Of a DNA stretch of 64,000 nucleotides, positions 39,172-48,757 are shown in pieces. Every line of letters starts with the position of its first letter. Position 1 is the stretch's first letter. Where the stretch lies: contig OZ223236.1 of assembly GCA_965140445.1 (NCBI GenBank), forward strand, positions 4,192,001-4,256,000. Reading direction: 5' to 3'. The position numbers and the translations under genes are program-made. Below the pieces are notes generated by a model that saw only the letters and a list, made by a program, of their open reading frames with translations, ran no database searches and had not been told where the DNA came from. This DNA is from Candidatus Ozemobacteraceae bacterium (GTDB taxonomy: Bacteria > Muiribacteriota > Ozemobacteria > Ozemobacterales > Ozemobacteraceae).

Positions 39172-40679
39172 ATGACAAATGGCTTACTGACAAAGAAAAG
39201 AAGAACTAATAACTGGCACAGAATCCTGCCAGCAATATTTACATTCTTTTTTCTTTGTTTTACTCTTGTTCAGACGGCTGAGGCAGCTAGTTCCCCAAGA
39301 AAAGCAACAAAAAGAACCCGGAGCCAATAGTTAGGGTAAAGCTTGGCGGTCAATACAAAACATTTTCTGTAACTTTTACTACAGGTGGAACCATAAAAGA
39401 TACGCGCGGCAGGAGGCTTAAAAGCATCCGAAAAGGCGGAACGTTCAAATGGGAAATTTCCAAAAGAAACAGGAATTACGTTAACTATAGAAACAAAACC
39501 CTGGTTTTTGAGCCAAAAGGGAAATCCCTGAAGTTAAACAACAACGAGTATAGAGGCTCTTTGAGGATTGAACTTAATTCAAAAGGTGCCAACGTTGTTA
39601 ATCATGTTGGAATTGAGGACTATTTAAGAGGTGTGGTAGGCAGTGAAATGGGCTCATTGTCTCCAGCAGAGTCTTTAAAAGCTCAAGCAGTTATAGCCCG
39701 AACCTATACCTATGCCAATAAAAACCGTCATGGAAGCAGCAATGCGGATGTGTGTAACTCAACCCACTGTCAGGTTTATTCTGGGGTTAAATCAGAAAGA
39801 GACAGCATAAACAAAGCGGTGGATTCTACTCGCGGGATAATTATGATTAGTGATGGAAAAGCAATTAGCGCACTTTACCATGCAACCTGCGGTGGCATGA
39901 CTTCAAACAATTCTGTGGTTTGGGGAGGAGCTCAAACTAAATATTTGAAAAGAGTTGCCTGTCCATTCTGCAGTAAAGCCAAAAGATACAGATGGACAGA
40001 GAAAATCAGCATCAAAGATTTAAAAGCAAAACTAATTCCTGAAAAAGTATTTTTCAATACAGTATTTGATATAGATATAGAGTCTCCAGGCCAGTTAGAC
40101 CGGGTAACCAACGTTGTTCTTTATACTGATAAAGGAATCAAAAAATTCAAAGGCACAACCTTAAGAAGAATCTTTAATCTCAATAGCACAACCTTTATAC
40201 TTGGCCAGCGTTTGGCTGTTACCCAGAAAATTTCAAAAGCTTTGCCTGAAAAAGTTTTAAAGAAAGCTCCAGCCAAGTTTGTCAGATGTGTTGGAATTGT
40301 TTATGAAGACATTCCTGACGCTCCGCCACAAATCGTCATCCAAACAGGACAAGGCTTAAAAAGAGCTCTTAAACCAGAAAAAGGTTGGAAAGCAATTTCG
40401 TGGAAAGAGAAGCTAAGAGAGATCCCTTCAACAAACCAGGAATCCACAATGACCAAACCTAAAAAACAGCCAGTGAAAATTGAAAAGGTTCAAAAACTGG
40501 CTGTGACAAAGAATTCCAAAGGAGGTATAGACTCATTTGAGATTTTTGGCCGAGGTTTTGGACATCAGGTAGGCTTATGTCAGTCTGGAGCGATAGAGCT
40601 TGGAAAACGAGGCTGGACATATCGCCAGATTCTTCCTTACTATTATTCTCACGTTGTTTTGAGAGATTTAAATTACTAA
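39172..40679 (+). CDS. Second SpoIID/LytB protein; 1-nt frameshift near 39291-39330 separates the signal peptide from the catalytic part
   Basis: ATG 39172 gives a signal peptide ending at TAG 39330. The -1 frame reads KNPEPIVRVKLGG...YRGSL into ORF 39561-40679 (YLRGVVGSEM, KAQAVIARTY, CQVY, GFGHQVGLCQSGA). Confidence 0.82.
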
Positions 40680-40725
40680 ATTTAAGCTCTGAAATAATTT
40701 TTTCGTAAAATTTGAAAATTTAATC

Positions 40726-40753
40726 TCAATTAAGAGCAAGATTGAGCCGATTA
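40726..40753 (+). promoter_or_regulatory. sigma28-like promoter upstream of pilM
   Basis: TCAA-N16-GCCGATTA. Confidence 0.5.
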
Positions 40754-40821
40754 AATACTGACATTCTATAAATTTACAGCTTTTACGGATTATTTCCGGG
40801 CTAACTTGGAGGAAAAAGCGT

Positions 40822-41919
40822 ATGGGTTTGTTCACCTTCGGGACAAGCAATACAGCAATTGGAATCGACATCGGCACATCTGCCGTTAAAGTCGTCCAAC
40901 TCAAAAAGACTCCTTCCGGCCCTGAACTTGTTAACTACGGGATGATGCCACTTCCACCAGATGCAATGGTAGAAGGTTCGGTTGGAGATCCCCAAACGGT
41001 TTCAGCGGTCATCAAGGAACTTTTAAAGGCACGAAAGATTAAACCGGAACGCAGTTTCGCTTCAATCTCCGGGCAAAACGTAATTATGCGCTTCACGAAG
41101 CTGCCGATTATGACGCCGGAGGAACTCGAACAGACAGTGCGGATTGAAGCTGAGCAGTATGTTCCTTACGCAATCGACGAAGTCAGTATTACCCACGCAG
41201 TACTTGACACCGTAGATGAAGACGAAGAGGGTGGCGGAAAATATTTCATCCTTTTGGTTGTGGCGCAGAAAGATCTTGTTAACTCCTACATGGGAGTTGT
41301 TAAGAGCGCCGGTATTAACCCTGAAATCATTGATGTTGACACTATCGCTGCCATCAACGCTCTTGAGAATTCATACATGCAATCTGCAAGTTCTCAAGAA
41401 GGTGGAGAGGTTGTAGCAATTATCGATGCCGGGGCAAGAACTACCAATATTTCTGTCCTCAAAGCTGGAATACTTATGTTCACGCGTAACATTCCAATCG
41501 CCGGTAATAACATCACTGAAATGATTAGAGATGTTATGAAGCAGGAATTTGACCAGGCTGAATCAATTAAGATTGAAGAAGCTGAAGTAAGTATTTCTGA
41601 CGGTGGTGGAAATGAAATTTCAGAAGTTGTGAAAACAACTGTTGAAGAACTTGCCTCAGAAATCAGACGTTCATTCGACTATTTCAAAGCGCAAACCCGT
41701 GAGCCACTTATTCACAGAATCATTCTCTCAGGCGGAAGCTCCAACTTAAGAAGCTTTAACACCTATCTAAGCAACGAACTAGGTGTTGACGTTTATATGA
41801 GCAACCCTCTTGAAGGAGTTTCTGTAACAGCCCCAGACACTGATGATCTTTACAATAACCTTCAGCAGTATACAGTCGCAATCGGACTGGCGATGAGAGG
41901 GGTGGTTGAAGATTTATGA
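40822..41919 (+). CDS. pilM: Type IV pilus assembly protein PilM
   Basis: IGIDIGTSAVKVVQL, EAEQYVPY, IDAGARTT, EIRRSFDYF, ILSGGSS, AIGLAMR. Confidence 0.95.
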   Translation: MGLFTFGTSNTAIGIDIGTSAVKVVQLKKTPSGPELVNYGMMPLPPDAMVEGSVGDPQTVSAVIKELLKARKIKPERSFASISGQNVIMRFTKLPIMTPEELEQTVRIEAEQYVPYAIDEVSITHAVLDTVDEDEEGGGKYFILLVVAQKDLVNSYMGVVKSAGINPEIIDVDTIAAINALENSYMQSASSQEGGEVVAIIDAGARTTNISVLKAGILMFTRNIPIAGNNITEMIRDVMKQEFDQAESIKIEEAEVSISDGGGNEISEVVKTTVEELASEIRRSFDYFKAQTREPLIHRIILSGGSSNLRSFNTYLSNELGVDVYMSNPLEGVSVTAPDTDDLYNNLQQYTVAIGLAMRGVVEDL

Positions 41920-42518
41920 TTAGAATTAATCTAGTAACCGTCAAAAGACGTAAACCTATTCAAATTCCCTTTGCAGCGATCTTCTTCATCATTGGACTCG
42001 TTGGTATTGGCGCGGGTTTCTACGCAGGAACCATGGCGATTGAGGGTATGAACGAGGAACTGATAAATCAAAAGAAAGATCTTGCTGACGAGATTCGTGA
42101 TGAAGAGTCCAAGCTCACTACTAAGAGTGACCTTGAGCAGGAAAAAAACGATATCGTTAGAAATATTGAGCGCCTTAAACAACTTTCTGGCGCGACTTTA
42201 CTGCAATGGTCTCAGGTTTTCAGCAGTCTGACTGCGGCAACCCCTGATCAAACTGTCTGGATTACCAATCTTAGAATCGATTCAGACAGAAGAGTTCAAA
42301 TTACTGGCTACTCATGCCTGGAAGATGGAAAAGAAAAGGGTGGACAGTTGACCAAAGGTGTTCAAATGTTCATTCAACAGCTTCAAGGGCATTCTTACTT
42401 TGATGAAGTATTCTTGACCAGTGCTACCAAAAACGTCTACGAGAAGAAACCTGTATGGCGTTTTGATATCACTTGCCGCATCAAGCGTGATCTTGGTGAC
42501 GCGAATCTGGGAGGTTAA
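41916..42518 (+). CDS. pilN: Type IV pilus assembly protein PilN
   Basis: MIRINL motif, one TM, coiled coil, TPDQTVWITNL. Confidence 0.88.
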   Translation: MIRINLVTVKRRKPIQIPFAAIFFIIGLVGIGAGFYAGTMAIEGMNEELINQKKDLADEIRDEESKLTTKSDLEQEKNDIVRNIERLKQLSGATLLQWSQVFSSLTAATPDQTVWITNLRIDSDRRVQITGYSCLEDGKEKGGQLTKGVQMFIQQLQGHSYFDEVFLTSATKNVYEKKPVWRFDITCRIKRDLGDANLGG

Positions 42519-42521
42519 CTA

Positions 42522-43079
42522 ATGAATAACTTTGCGGTAGTAACTATCCTCCTCCTCCTTGTCGCGGTTGGAGCAGGTGTGTTCTTCTGGATGAACTACT
42601 ATCAGCCAATTCTTGATGAAGCTGAGTCTCTTAAGAGTGATATTGATGATCTCGAGAAAAAGAAAGCGAGGTTAGCCAATATTGACGAAGAAATTGAAAA
42701 GATTCGGACCGATATAACGAAACTGCAGGATCAACGAAAAGGTTTAGAAACAGAATCTAACAGACTTGAAACTGTAGTTCCTAAAGTTCTTGAATCTACT
42801 GAAACAATCGCCAACAAATTTGACGTTAAATTTCAGGACATCAGAATTTCTCCTCTGGTTAGAGCTGAAGATTGGTCTGAATTACCAATTGAAATTTCAG
42901 TTCAGGGAACCTTCAAGAATATTGGTGAGTTCTTAACAATTGTAGAAAAACGTAAAATAATCAACCTGGCCGCTGGTTCTATGAACGTTTCAGTATCAGC
43001 TGAAGTAGACAGAAAAACCAAAAGCCCACTGCTTGGTGTAACTCTTAGTGCAAAAGTTTACATCCTCGGCGGAAACTAA
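42522..43079 (+). CDS. pilO: Type IV pilus assembly protein PilO
   Basis: TM, coiled coil, ELPIEISVQGTFKNIGEFL; follows pilN. Confidence 0.88.
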   Translation: MNNFAVVTILLLLVAVGAGVFFWMNYYQPILDEAESLKSDIDDLEKKKARLANIDEEIEKIRTDITKLQDQRKGLETESNRLETVVPKVLESTETIANKFDVKFQDIRISPLVRAEDWSELPIEISVQGTFKNIGEFLTIVEKRKIINLAAGSMNVSVSAEVDRKTKSPLLGVTLSAKVYILGGN

Positions 43080-43093
43080 TAAGGAGGCAAGAA

Positions 43094-43687
43094 ATGATTG
43101 GAAAAAAACCATGGAAAATTCTGGGCATGATCTGTCTAGCAGCGTTCCTCCTTGCCGCTCCTCAGCTTTTCGCCCAGGATGATCTGGATGACTTCGGAAT
43201 GGATAGTCTTGATGACAACACTATCACAGAGTCGGCAGAAAGCACGGAACCAGCCGAAGCTACAGCAGAAGCAATTGATTCAGCTCCAGCCAAGGCTAAG
43301 CCAGAAAAAGATCAGGTTGATGACCTTGCAAAACTCTGGCCTTTCAAAATTGAAAACCCTAAAAAAGACCCTTTCAAACCACTTGTAGTAAAGAAGGTAG
43401 TATTACCTCCAGTAAGACCAGTGGCACCTAAGTCTCAGAACAGGGATTTTAAACCGAAACCACCACCAGTAAAACCAATCAGACTTTTTGTAACAGGCAT
43501 CGTAGGTAACGAAGGCGCCAGATTGGCTGTTGTTAAGTTTGAAAACCAGGAACACACAATTATTAAAGATCAGGTTGTTGATGGCAAGTTCAAAGTCGTT
43601 GACATTCTCTCTGATAGAGTAGTTGTATATTCCAACAAAGAACAAAGACGTCACACATTCCGTATTGGTGGCGCAGACGAAAAGTAA
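43094..43687 (+). CDS. pilP: PilP-like type IV pilus assembly protein
   Basis: Follows pilO; KDPFKP motif, Pro-rich linker, beta-rich C-domain. No Cys lipobox obvious. Confidence 0.65.
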   Translation: MIGKKPWKILGMICLAAFLLAAPQLFAQDDLDDFGMDSLDDNTITESAESTEPAEATAEAIDSAPAKAKPEKDQVDDLAKLWPFKIENPKKDPFKPLVVKKVVLPPVRPVAPKSQNRDFKPKPPPVKPIRLFVTGIVGNEGARLAVVKFENQEHTIIKDQVVDGKFKVVDILSDRVVVYSNKEQRRHTFRIGGADEK

Positions 43688-43705
43688 AAGCTGATCTAAT
43701 AGATT

Positions 43706-43752
43706 AAAAGCTGTATCAAAGGTTCTAAAAGTTACTTTTGATGCAGCTTTTT
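43706..43752 (+). terminator. Intrinsic terminator after pilP
   Basis: AAAAGCTGTATCAAAGG...CTTTTGATGCAGCTTTTT. Confidence 0.75.
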
Positions 43753-43781
43753 ATTTGCCCTGAATAAAAAAGGAGATTGTC

Positions 43782-43955
43782 ATGAGAAAAAGTTACTTTT
43801 GGGTACTCTGGGGAATTGCCAGTTTAGTATGCGTATTTGCAGCAGGTTACAAAAGCTTCGCCATAGACCTGGAAAAAGAAAAAGCCAATAAACCAATTTA
43901 CATTGACGAAAGAGTTGTAAACTCAGTTTTAGAAACGGATTCAGCCTCAGAATAA
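43782..43955 (+). CDS. Small exported or membrane-anchored protein (57 aa)
   Basis: AGGAG RBS; MRKSYFWVLWGIASLVCVFAAGYKSFAIDLEKEKANKPIYIDERVVNSVLETDSASE. Confidence 0.65.
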   Translation: MRKSYFWVLWGIASLVCVFAAGYKSFAIDLEKEKANKPIYIDERVVNSVLETDSASE

Positions 43956-43992
43956 AAATTCAAAAATTACTCATCTTTTTTTCATTTCAGAC

Positions 43993-44020
43993 TGGATAAA
44001 GCAATTAAAGATGCCGATAA
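43993..44020 (+). promoter_or_regulatory. sigma28-like promoter (repeat copy 1)
   Basis: TGGATAAA-N12-GCCGATAA. Confidence 0.5.
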
Positions 44021-44091
44021 CCTAACTGAAGATGTAGTTACCAGCAAAATTACAATCTGGTAAAAAGACAAAACTACATGAAAGAAAGAGC

Positions 44092-44319
44092 ATGAGAAAG
44101 AATAAACAATTAGAAACATTTCCATACGCATGTAGCGTTCTAGCTGCTGCAAAAGAGAATGTCAATTTTAAGAATTATGGAAGTAAACTTCTAAATGTTT
44201 CTCGATCATTTGCACTTCATTTGAATTCCTCGTCAGCCAACACTGACAAATGGACTTACATGTCCAGGGCACCCGACCCGCCAATTCCAAGGCGAATTTC
44301 ATATGGAGCTTCATTATGA
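44092..44319 (+). CDS. Possible small ORF (75 aa) upstream of pilQ
   Basis: Lies downstream of a sigma28-like motif; weak RBS; no recognised family. Confidence 0.3.
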   Translation: MRKNKQLETFPYACSVLAAAKENVNFKNYGSKLLNVSRSFALHLNSSSANTDKWTYMSRAPDPPIPRRISYGASL

Positions 44320-44415
44320 AGAATCTTTTGAAAAAGCTTAGTATTTTTTTTCACGCCGGAAACGGCATTAGAAGGTCGTTAGGCCATGGATTAAGTCAAA
44401 AGTTTAAAATTGTTG

Positions 44416-44443
44416 TGGATAAAACGATAAAAGTTGTCGATAT
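44416..44443 (+). promoter_or_regulatory. sigma28-like promoter (repeat copy 2) upstream of pilQ
   Basis: TGGATAAA-N12-GTCGATAT. Confidence 0.5.
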
Positions 44444-44516
44444 TATCCCTGATAGGCTTGCTGTGCAGGTCACAAAGATTTTATTTGTCGGACATCCCCG
44501 TTCGGAGGTATAAAGA

Positions 44517-45914
44517 ATGAATTCCACGGGTTACACCAGGAAAAAAAGTAACATCGTATTATTGTTTGCGGTAATTGCCGCGGCACTCCTGTTGCCTTCA
44601 GCACTGAGAGCAGAAGATAACATTTCTCTTGATTTCCGCGATACAGACATTCGCCAGATTATCAAGGTTATTGCTCAACAGTCTGGAACCAACATCATCG
44701 CAGAAAAGAGCGTTCGTGGTCAGGTAACTGTAAAACTTACAGACGTATACTACGAAGAAGCCATGAATCTGATTGCAAAGACAAACGGATTTGCAGTTCG
44801 CAAGATTGGTAACACATGGATTCTTGCTGACTCTAAGAAACTCTCTGAAGCATTTGAGAAAGGTCTTACTATAACAAAAAGACTTCAGTATGCTAAAGCT
44901 GACGATGTTAGTAAAATCATTTCAAATACTATCAAGAAAGACGTAAAAGTTGCCACAGACGAACGCATCAACGCAGTTATCGTCTCTGGTGGCAAAGACA
45001 TTCTTGATGAAGTAAAAAAACTTATTGAAACCATTGATACACCTGTTCATCAGGTAATGATGGAAGCCAAAATCGTTGAAGTTTCAACAAACGGTTCAAA
45101 AAGCATCGGATTCAAATGGCAGGGTTCAACTGGCCAGGATGGCGGAATGCATGACCTTGACAGCCTTCCAGTTCTCTCTACTAAGGAATACTTTGCATCT
45201 AATCCAGATTCAGGACTTTATCAGGAACCTTTCGATGGATCACGTGGTGAACTGTTTGGACTTGGTGATTTCTACAGAGAAAACCTTCTTTTCAAAGCAA
45301 CATTTGCTGCTCTTGAAAAGAGACAGGAAACCAAGGTTCTTAGTAACCCTAAGATTTCTGCTGTAAACGGTCAGGAAGCCAATATCGTTGTTGGTACTAA
45401 GGTTATCTATCCTGGTGGAGCAGATCAGCCACCAAAAGAAAAAGATACTGGTATTAAACTGAAAATTACCCCTCGTATCAATGACGATGGATATATTACA
45501 GTTGATGCTGAGCCTGAAGTATCATTCGTTGAATCATGGTCGAACAACAATATGTATCCAGTAATTGGAACTCGCTCTGCCAAAACAACAGTTAGAGTTC
45601 GTGATGGTGAAGAAATTCTTATCGGTGGATTGATCAGAGATGAAGAAGGAAAAGACAATAGTAAGATCCCTCTCCTCGGAAACATCCCAATACTTAAATC
45701 TCTCTTCTCCTTCAAAGGAAAAACCGGTTCATCTCAGGAACTGATTATCCTTATCACGCCTCACATCATTGCCCAGAGCATCGAATCTTCAGCTCCTACC
45801 TCATTGGTGCCTGAAACTGGTATGGACCCAATGGCTAGTGCTCCAGTAGCATCTACTCAGCCAGCAGGAACTATCGATGATTCATTCGACAATGCATTTG
45901 ACGCTTCATTCTAA
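44517..45914 (+). CDS. pilQ: Type IV pilus secretin PilQ (short form, no AMIN domains)
   Basis: ISLDFRDTDIRQII, DERINAVIV, QVMMEAKIVEV, VLSNPKI, GIKLKITPRI, IPLLGNIPILKSLF. Confidence 0.9.
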   Translation: MNSTGYTRKKSNIVLLFAVIAAALLLPSALRAEDNISLDFRDTDIRQIIKVIAQQSGTNIIAEKSVRGQVTVKLTDVYYEEAMNLIAKTNGFAVRKIGNTWILADSKKLSEAFEKGLTITKRLQYAKADDVSKIISNTIKKDVKVATDERINAVIVSGGKDILDEVKKLIETIDTPVHQVMMEAKIVEVSTNGSKSIGFKWQGSTGQDGGMHDLDSLPVLSTKEYFASNPDSGLYQEPFDGSRGELFGLGDFYRENLLFKATFAALEKRQETKVLSNPKISAVNGQEANIVVGTKVIYPGGADQPPKEKDTGIKLKITPRINDDGYITVDAEPEVSFVESWSNNNMYPVIGTRSAKTTVRVRDGEEILIGGLIRDEEGKDNSKIPLLGNIPILKSLFSFKGKTGSSQELIILITPHIIAQSIESSAPTSLVPETGMDPMASAPVASTQPAGTIDDSFDNAFDASF

Positions 45915-45922
45915 CCTCCGAC

Positions 45923-45957
45923 AAAAAAGAAGCTCCCTTCGGGGAGCTTTTTTTTTT
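45923..45957. terminator. Bidirectional intrinsic terminator
   Basis: AAGCTCCC-TTCG-GGGAGCTT followed by a T tract. Confidence 0.9.
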
Positions 45958-45981
45958 GCCAATTTAGTAATAAAAAATATA

Positions 45982-47145
45982 TCAAACCGAAGAGATGCGC
46001 TCTTTATAGCGTAAGAACCTTTCAACCACTTCTTTTAGAGTGTCGCCCCCAGTTAGATTCAGTATCTCTGATGCTAACACCAGAGACATTATAGATTCTG
46101 CCACAACAGCAGTTGCAGGCAAGGCATGAGTATCCGATCTGTAAAAGTCATTGCATTTTTCTTGTTTTGTTTTAATATCAACACTTTTTGCGCTAGTTTT
46201 TCCTGGTATGGGCTTAACAAAGCATTTTATTACAATTTCATTTCCAGTACTTATACCGCCATCAATTCCGCCCGAGAAATTGCTTTCTTTAAAATAGCCT
46301 TTTGCCTCAACATAAGAAACGGGATCTGCTTCCAATAACTTTCCTTGCCCAAAAGATAGCCCATCACCAATCTCAATTGCTTTAACAGATGGAATGGCCA
46401 TTAAAGCTGCTGATAAAAGCCCGTCAAGCTTTCTATCCCAATGAACGTGACTACCAATTCCTGCCGGAACTCCTGAGAATCGTATTTCAACAACTCCGCC
46501 AAAACTACTATTATTCTCAGTTGCAGAATCGGTTTCTTTTTTCCATATAGGAATAATCTGTGGATCAGGGGTTAGAAATCCTTTCTCACAATCATCTAAC
46601 AGTTTACTTATCTTATGAAAATCAAGATTCGAGGTATCTGCTTCGATTCCATTTAAACTTTTTACAAAGGCAACAGATTTAATCCCCAGTTCTTTCAAAA
46701 GACACCTTACTGGCACAGAGATGGCTGTCCTAATTGCAGTTTCTCTTGCGGAAGCTCTTTCTCTTATAGGGCGAATATCAGTAAAATCGTATCTAGCTAT
46801 CCCCCCAATATCTGCATGACCAGGCTTAATAACGTGCAAGGCATTTTTTTCTGAGCTTGTTGCCAAAAATGGGTCCATAAAATCCTTCGAATTTTGAAAA
46901 TCCTTGTTCTCTATCATTACAGAAAATGGACTACCAATTGTTTTGCCATTAATCATGCCAGATAAGACCCTGACCTCATCATTTTCAACATTTTTTCTAT
47001 GACCACGGCCATAGCCTTGCCATCTCTTTTCCAGTAGAAATTTAAAATCCTCTTTATCGATCTTTATTCCGGCAGGCAACCCTTCAAGAATCCCAACAAG
47101 AGCTGGACCATGTGATTCTCCTGCAGTTAAGTATTTGAGCGTCAT
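45982..47145 (-). CDS. aroC: Chorismate synthase
   Basis: LTAGESHG, GYGRG, PGHAD, ERASARETA, GGIDGGISTG, KPIP. Confidence 0.93.
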   Translation of the reverse strand: MTLKYLTAGESHGPALVGILEGLPAGIKIDKEDFKFLLEKRWQGYGRGHRKNVENDEVRVLSGMINGKTIGSPFSVMIENKDFQNSKDFMDPFLATSSEKNALHVIKPGHADIGGIARYDFTDIRPIRERASARETAIRTAISVPVRCLLKELGIKSVAFVKSLNGIEADTSNLDFHKISKLLDDCEKGFLTPDPQIIPIWKKETDSATENNSSFGGVVEIRFSGVPAGIGSHVHWDRKLDGLLSAALMAIPSVKAIEIGDGLSFGQGKLLEADPVSYVEAKGYFKESNFSGGIDGGISTGNEIVIKCFVKPIPGKTSAKSVDIKTKQEKCNDFYRSDTHALPATAVVAESIMSLVLASEILNLTGGDTLKEVVERFLRYKERISSV

Positions 47146-47213
47146 TTTTTCTCCCTGCCTTTTATCTACTAAGGCTGATTCTACTTATTTTTTTTCTTTT
47201 TTTAAACTTTTAC

Positions 47214-47241
47214 TTATCAATATGCGCGGAACTGCCGATAT
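47214..47241 (+). promoter_or_regulatory. sigma28-like promoter for the DUF501-flg operon
   Basis: TTAT-N16-GCCGATAT. Confidence 0.5.
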
Positions 47242-47283
47242 TTTTCCTGATAAATAGAAAAAATAATTAATTAGCCCTAATGA

Positions 47284-47895
47284 ATGGCAAAAGTTTTGCC
47301 GATGTTTCATATAGGGAAGGTAAACATTTTGGCAAACGAAACAAAACAAAGCTTATCAGAAACAGAATTAGTAATAAAAATGCTTGGCCGACCGCCAAGA
47401 ACGCCGTTCATCGTTCAAACAAGATGCCCGGATGGAACTCCTCAGGTCTTGCTGGCCGACTCAGTTTTCCTTGAAGATGGAATTTGGAAACCCTTTCCAA
47501 CGGTTTTATGGCTTCTTTGTCCAAGACTCAAAAGAGAAGTTGCAAGAGTTGAAGAGTCGGGTGCGGTAAAAAGATTTTCTGAAAAGCTGCAAATGGATGA
47601 AGAATTCTACAAAGAATTTCAGAACGGACAACTTCAGATTTCTGAAATTCGTTTAAAAAGAGCTAAAGAAATTTTGCCCGAAAAAATACCTGAACACATT
47701 CTGGATATTCTTTCCAAAACAACCATAGCTGGAAGCGTTGACTATAAAGGCGTTAAATGCCTTCATTCGCACGTAGCTCAAGAACTTGCTTTTCATAACA
47801 ATCCAATAGGAAGAGAAGTTTTAAAAGAATTTGGTGAATGCAATACAAATTCATTATGCATGCCTTCGTTTGCGAAAGGTTTAAAAAATGATTAG
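47284..47895 (+). CDS. DUF501 family protein
   Basis: LGRPPR, RCPDGTPQV, PFPTVLWLLCPRL, VKCLHSHVA, NPIGR. Confidence 0.85.
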   Translation: MAKVLPMFHIGKVNILANETKQSLSETELVIKMLGRPPRTPFIVQTRCPDGTPQVLLADSVFLEDGIWKPFPTVLWLLCPRLKREVARVEESGAVKRFSEKLQMDEEFYKEFQNGQLQISEIRLKRAKEILPEKIPEHILDILSKTTIAGSVDYKGVKCLHSHVAQELAFHNNPIGREVLKEFGECNTNSLCMPSFAKGLKND

Positions 47896-48730
47896 AGGAT
47901 TATACACAGCATCATCTTCAATGCTTTGCGAAATTGTTCGCCAGGACATGGTTGCGAACAACCTGGCAAACGTTGACACTGCAGGCTTTAAACATGATCA
48001 GGGAATTTTCAAAGAACTCCCGACTATGGAGATTCGCAAAGTAAATGATGGAAAGCTTTATCCACCAAGACCTTTATATAAGTATCCAAAGATTGGCGAA
48101 CTTGGAACCGGTGTTATTCTTGATGAATCTTACACAGACTTCGGTGCTGGAAAGTTTGAATACACTTCAAATGATCTGGATTTAGCCCTTGAAAACAATA
48201 AAGCCTTTTTCTGTTTTGAAGGTGAAAATGGAATTAGATTCTCCAGAGACGGCATATTAACTCGCAATCATGAAGGTTTTTTAACCAACACTAATGGCGA
48301 TTACATTCTGGCAGAAAGAGAACCTGTAAACGAAATTGAAGGTGAAATACTAATCAGTGAAGATGGGAAACCAAATTCTGATTTTGGTAGGGTTCAAATT
48401 GAACCTGGAGCAAAAGTAAATATTGATGAAGACGGACGAGTTATCGTAAATGGCGAACCAAGGTTCAGAATTATGCGAGGTCAGGCTTCAGATAGAAAGG
48501 CCTTCCGTAAAGAAGGCAGTAATAATTTTGTAAGGGCTTATGGGGCAGTAACCAGAGCCACTGGAAACGTAAAATCTGGATATGTTGAGAAACCAAACTT
48601 CAGCCTTGTTACCGAAATGGTAAAAATGATTGAAGTTTCCAGAGCATACGAAGCGAATTCAAAAGTTATTCAGTCCCACGATGGTTTGCTTGATAAAGCC
48701 ATCAATTCAGTAGGCGTCACAAGGACATAA
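47888..48730 (+). CDS. flgF: Flagellar basal-body rod protein FlgF-like
   Basis: MIRGLYTASS, ANNLANVDTAGFK, EMVKMIEVSRAYEAN. Confidence 0.85.
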   Translation: MIRGLYTASSSMLCEIVRQDMVANNLANVDTAGFKHDQGIFKELPTMEIRKVNDGKLYPPRPLYKYPKIGELGTGVILDESYTDFGAGKFEYTSNDLDLALENNKAFFCFEGENGIRFSRDGILTRNHEGFLTNTNGDYILAEREPVNEIEGEILISEDGKPNSDFGRVQIEPGAKVNIDEDGRVIVNGEPRFRIMRGQASDRKAFRKEGSNNFVRAYGAVTRATGNVKSGYVEKPNFSLVTEMVKMIEVSRAYEANSKVIQSHDGLLDKAINSVGVTRT

Positions 48731-48757
48731 TTCTGAAATGACGGGAGGACCAGTCCT

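Noticed and set aside
39213..39229. sigma54 promoter TGGCACAGAATCCTGC
   Set aside because: GG-to-GC spacing is 11 rather than 10, and it lies in coding sequence.
44250..44513. 87-aa ORF with KVVDIIPDRLAV resembling the PilP C-terminus
   Set aside because: The match is short, overlaps a promoter-like motif and does not extend; probably chance.
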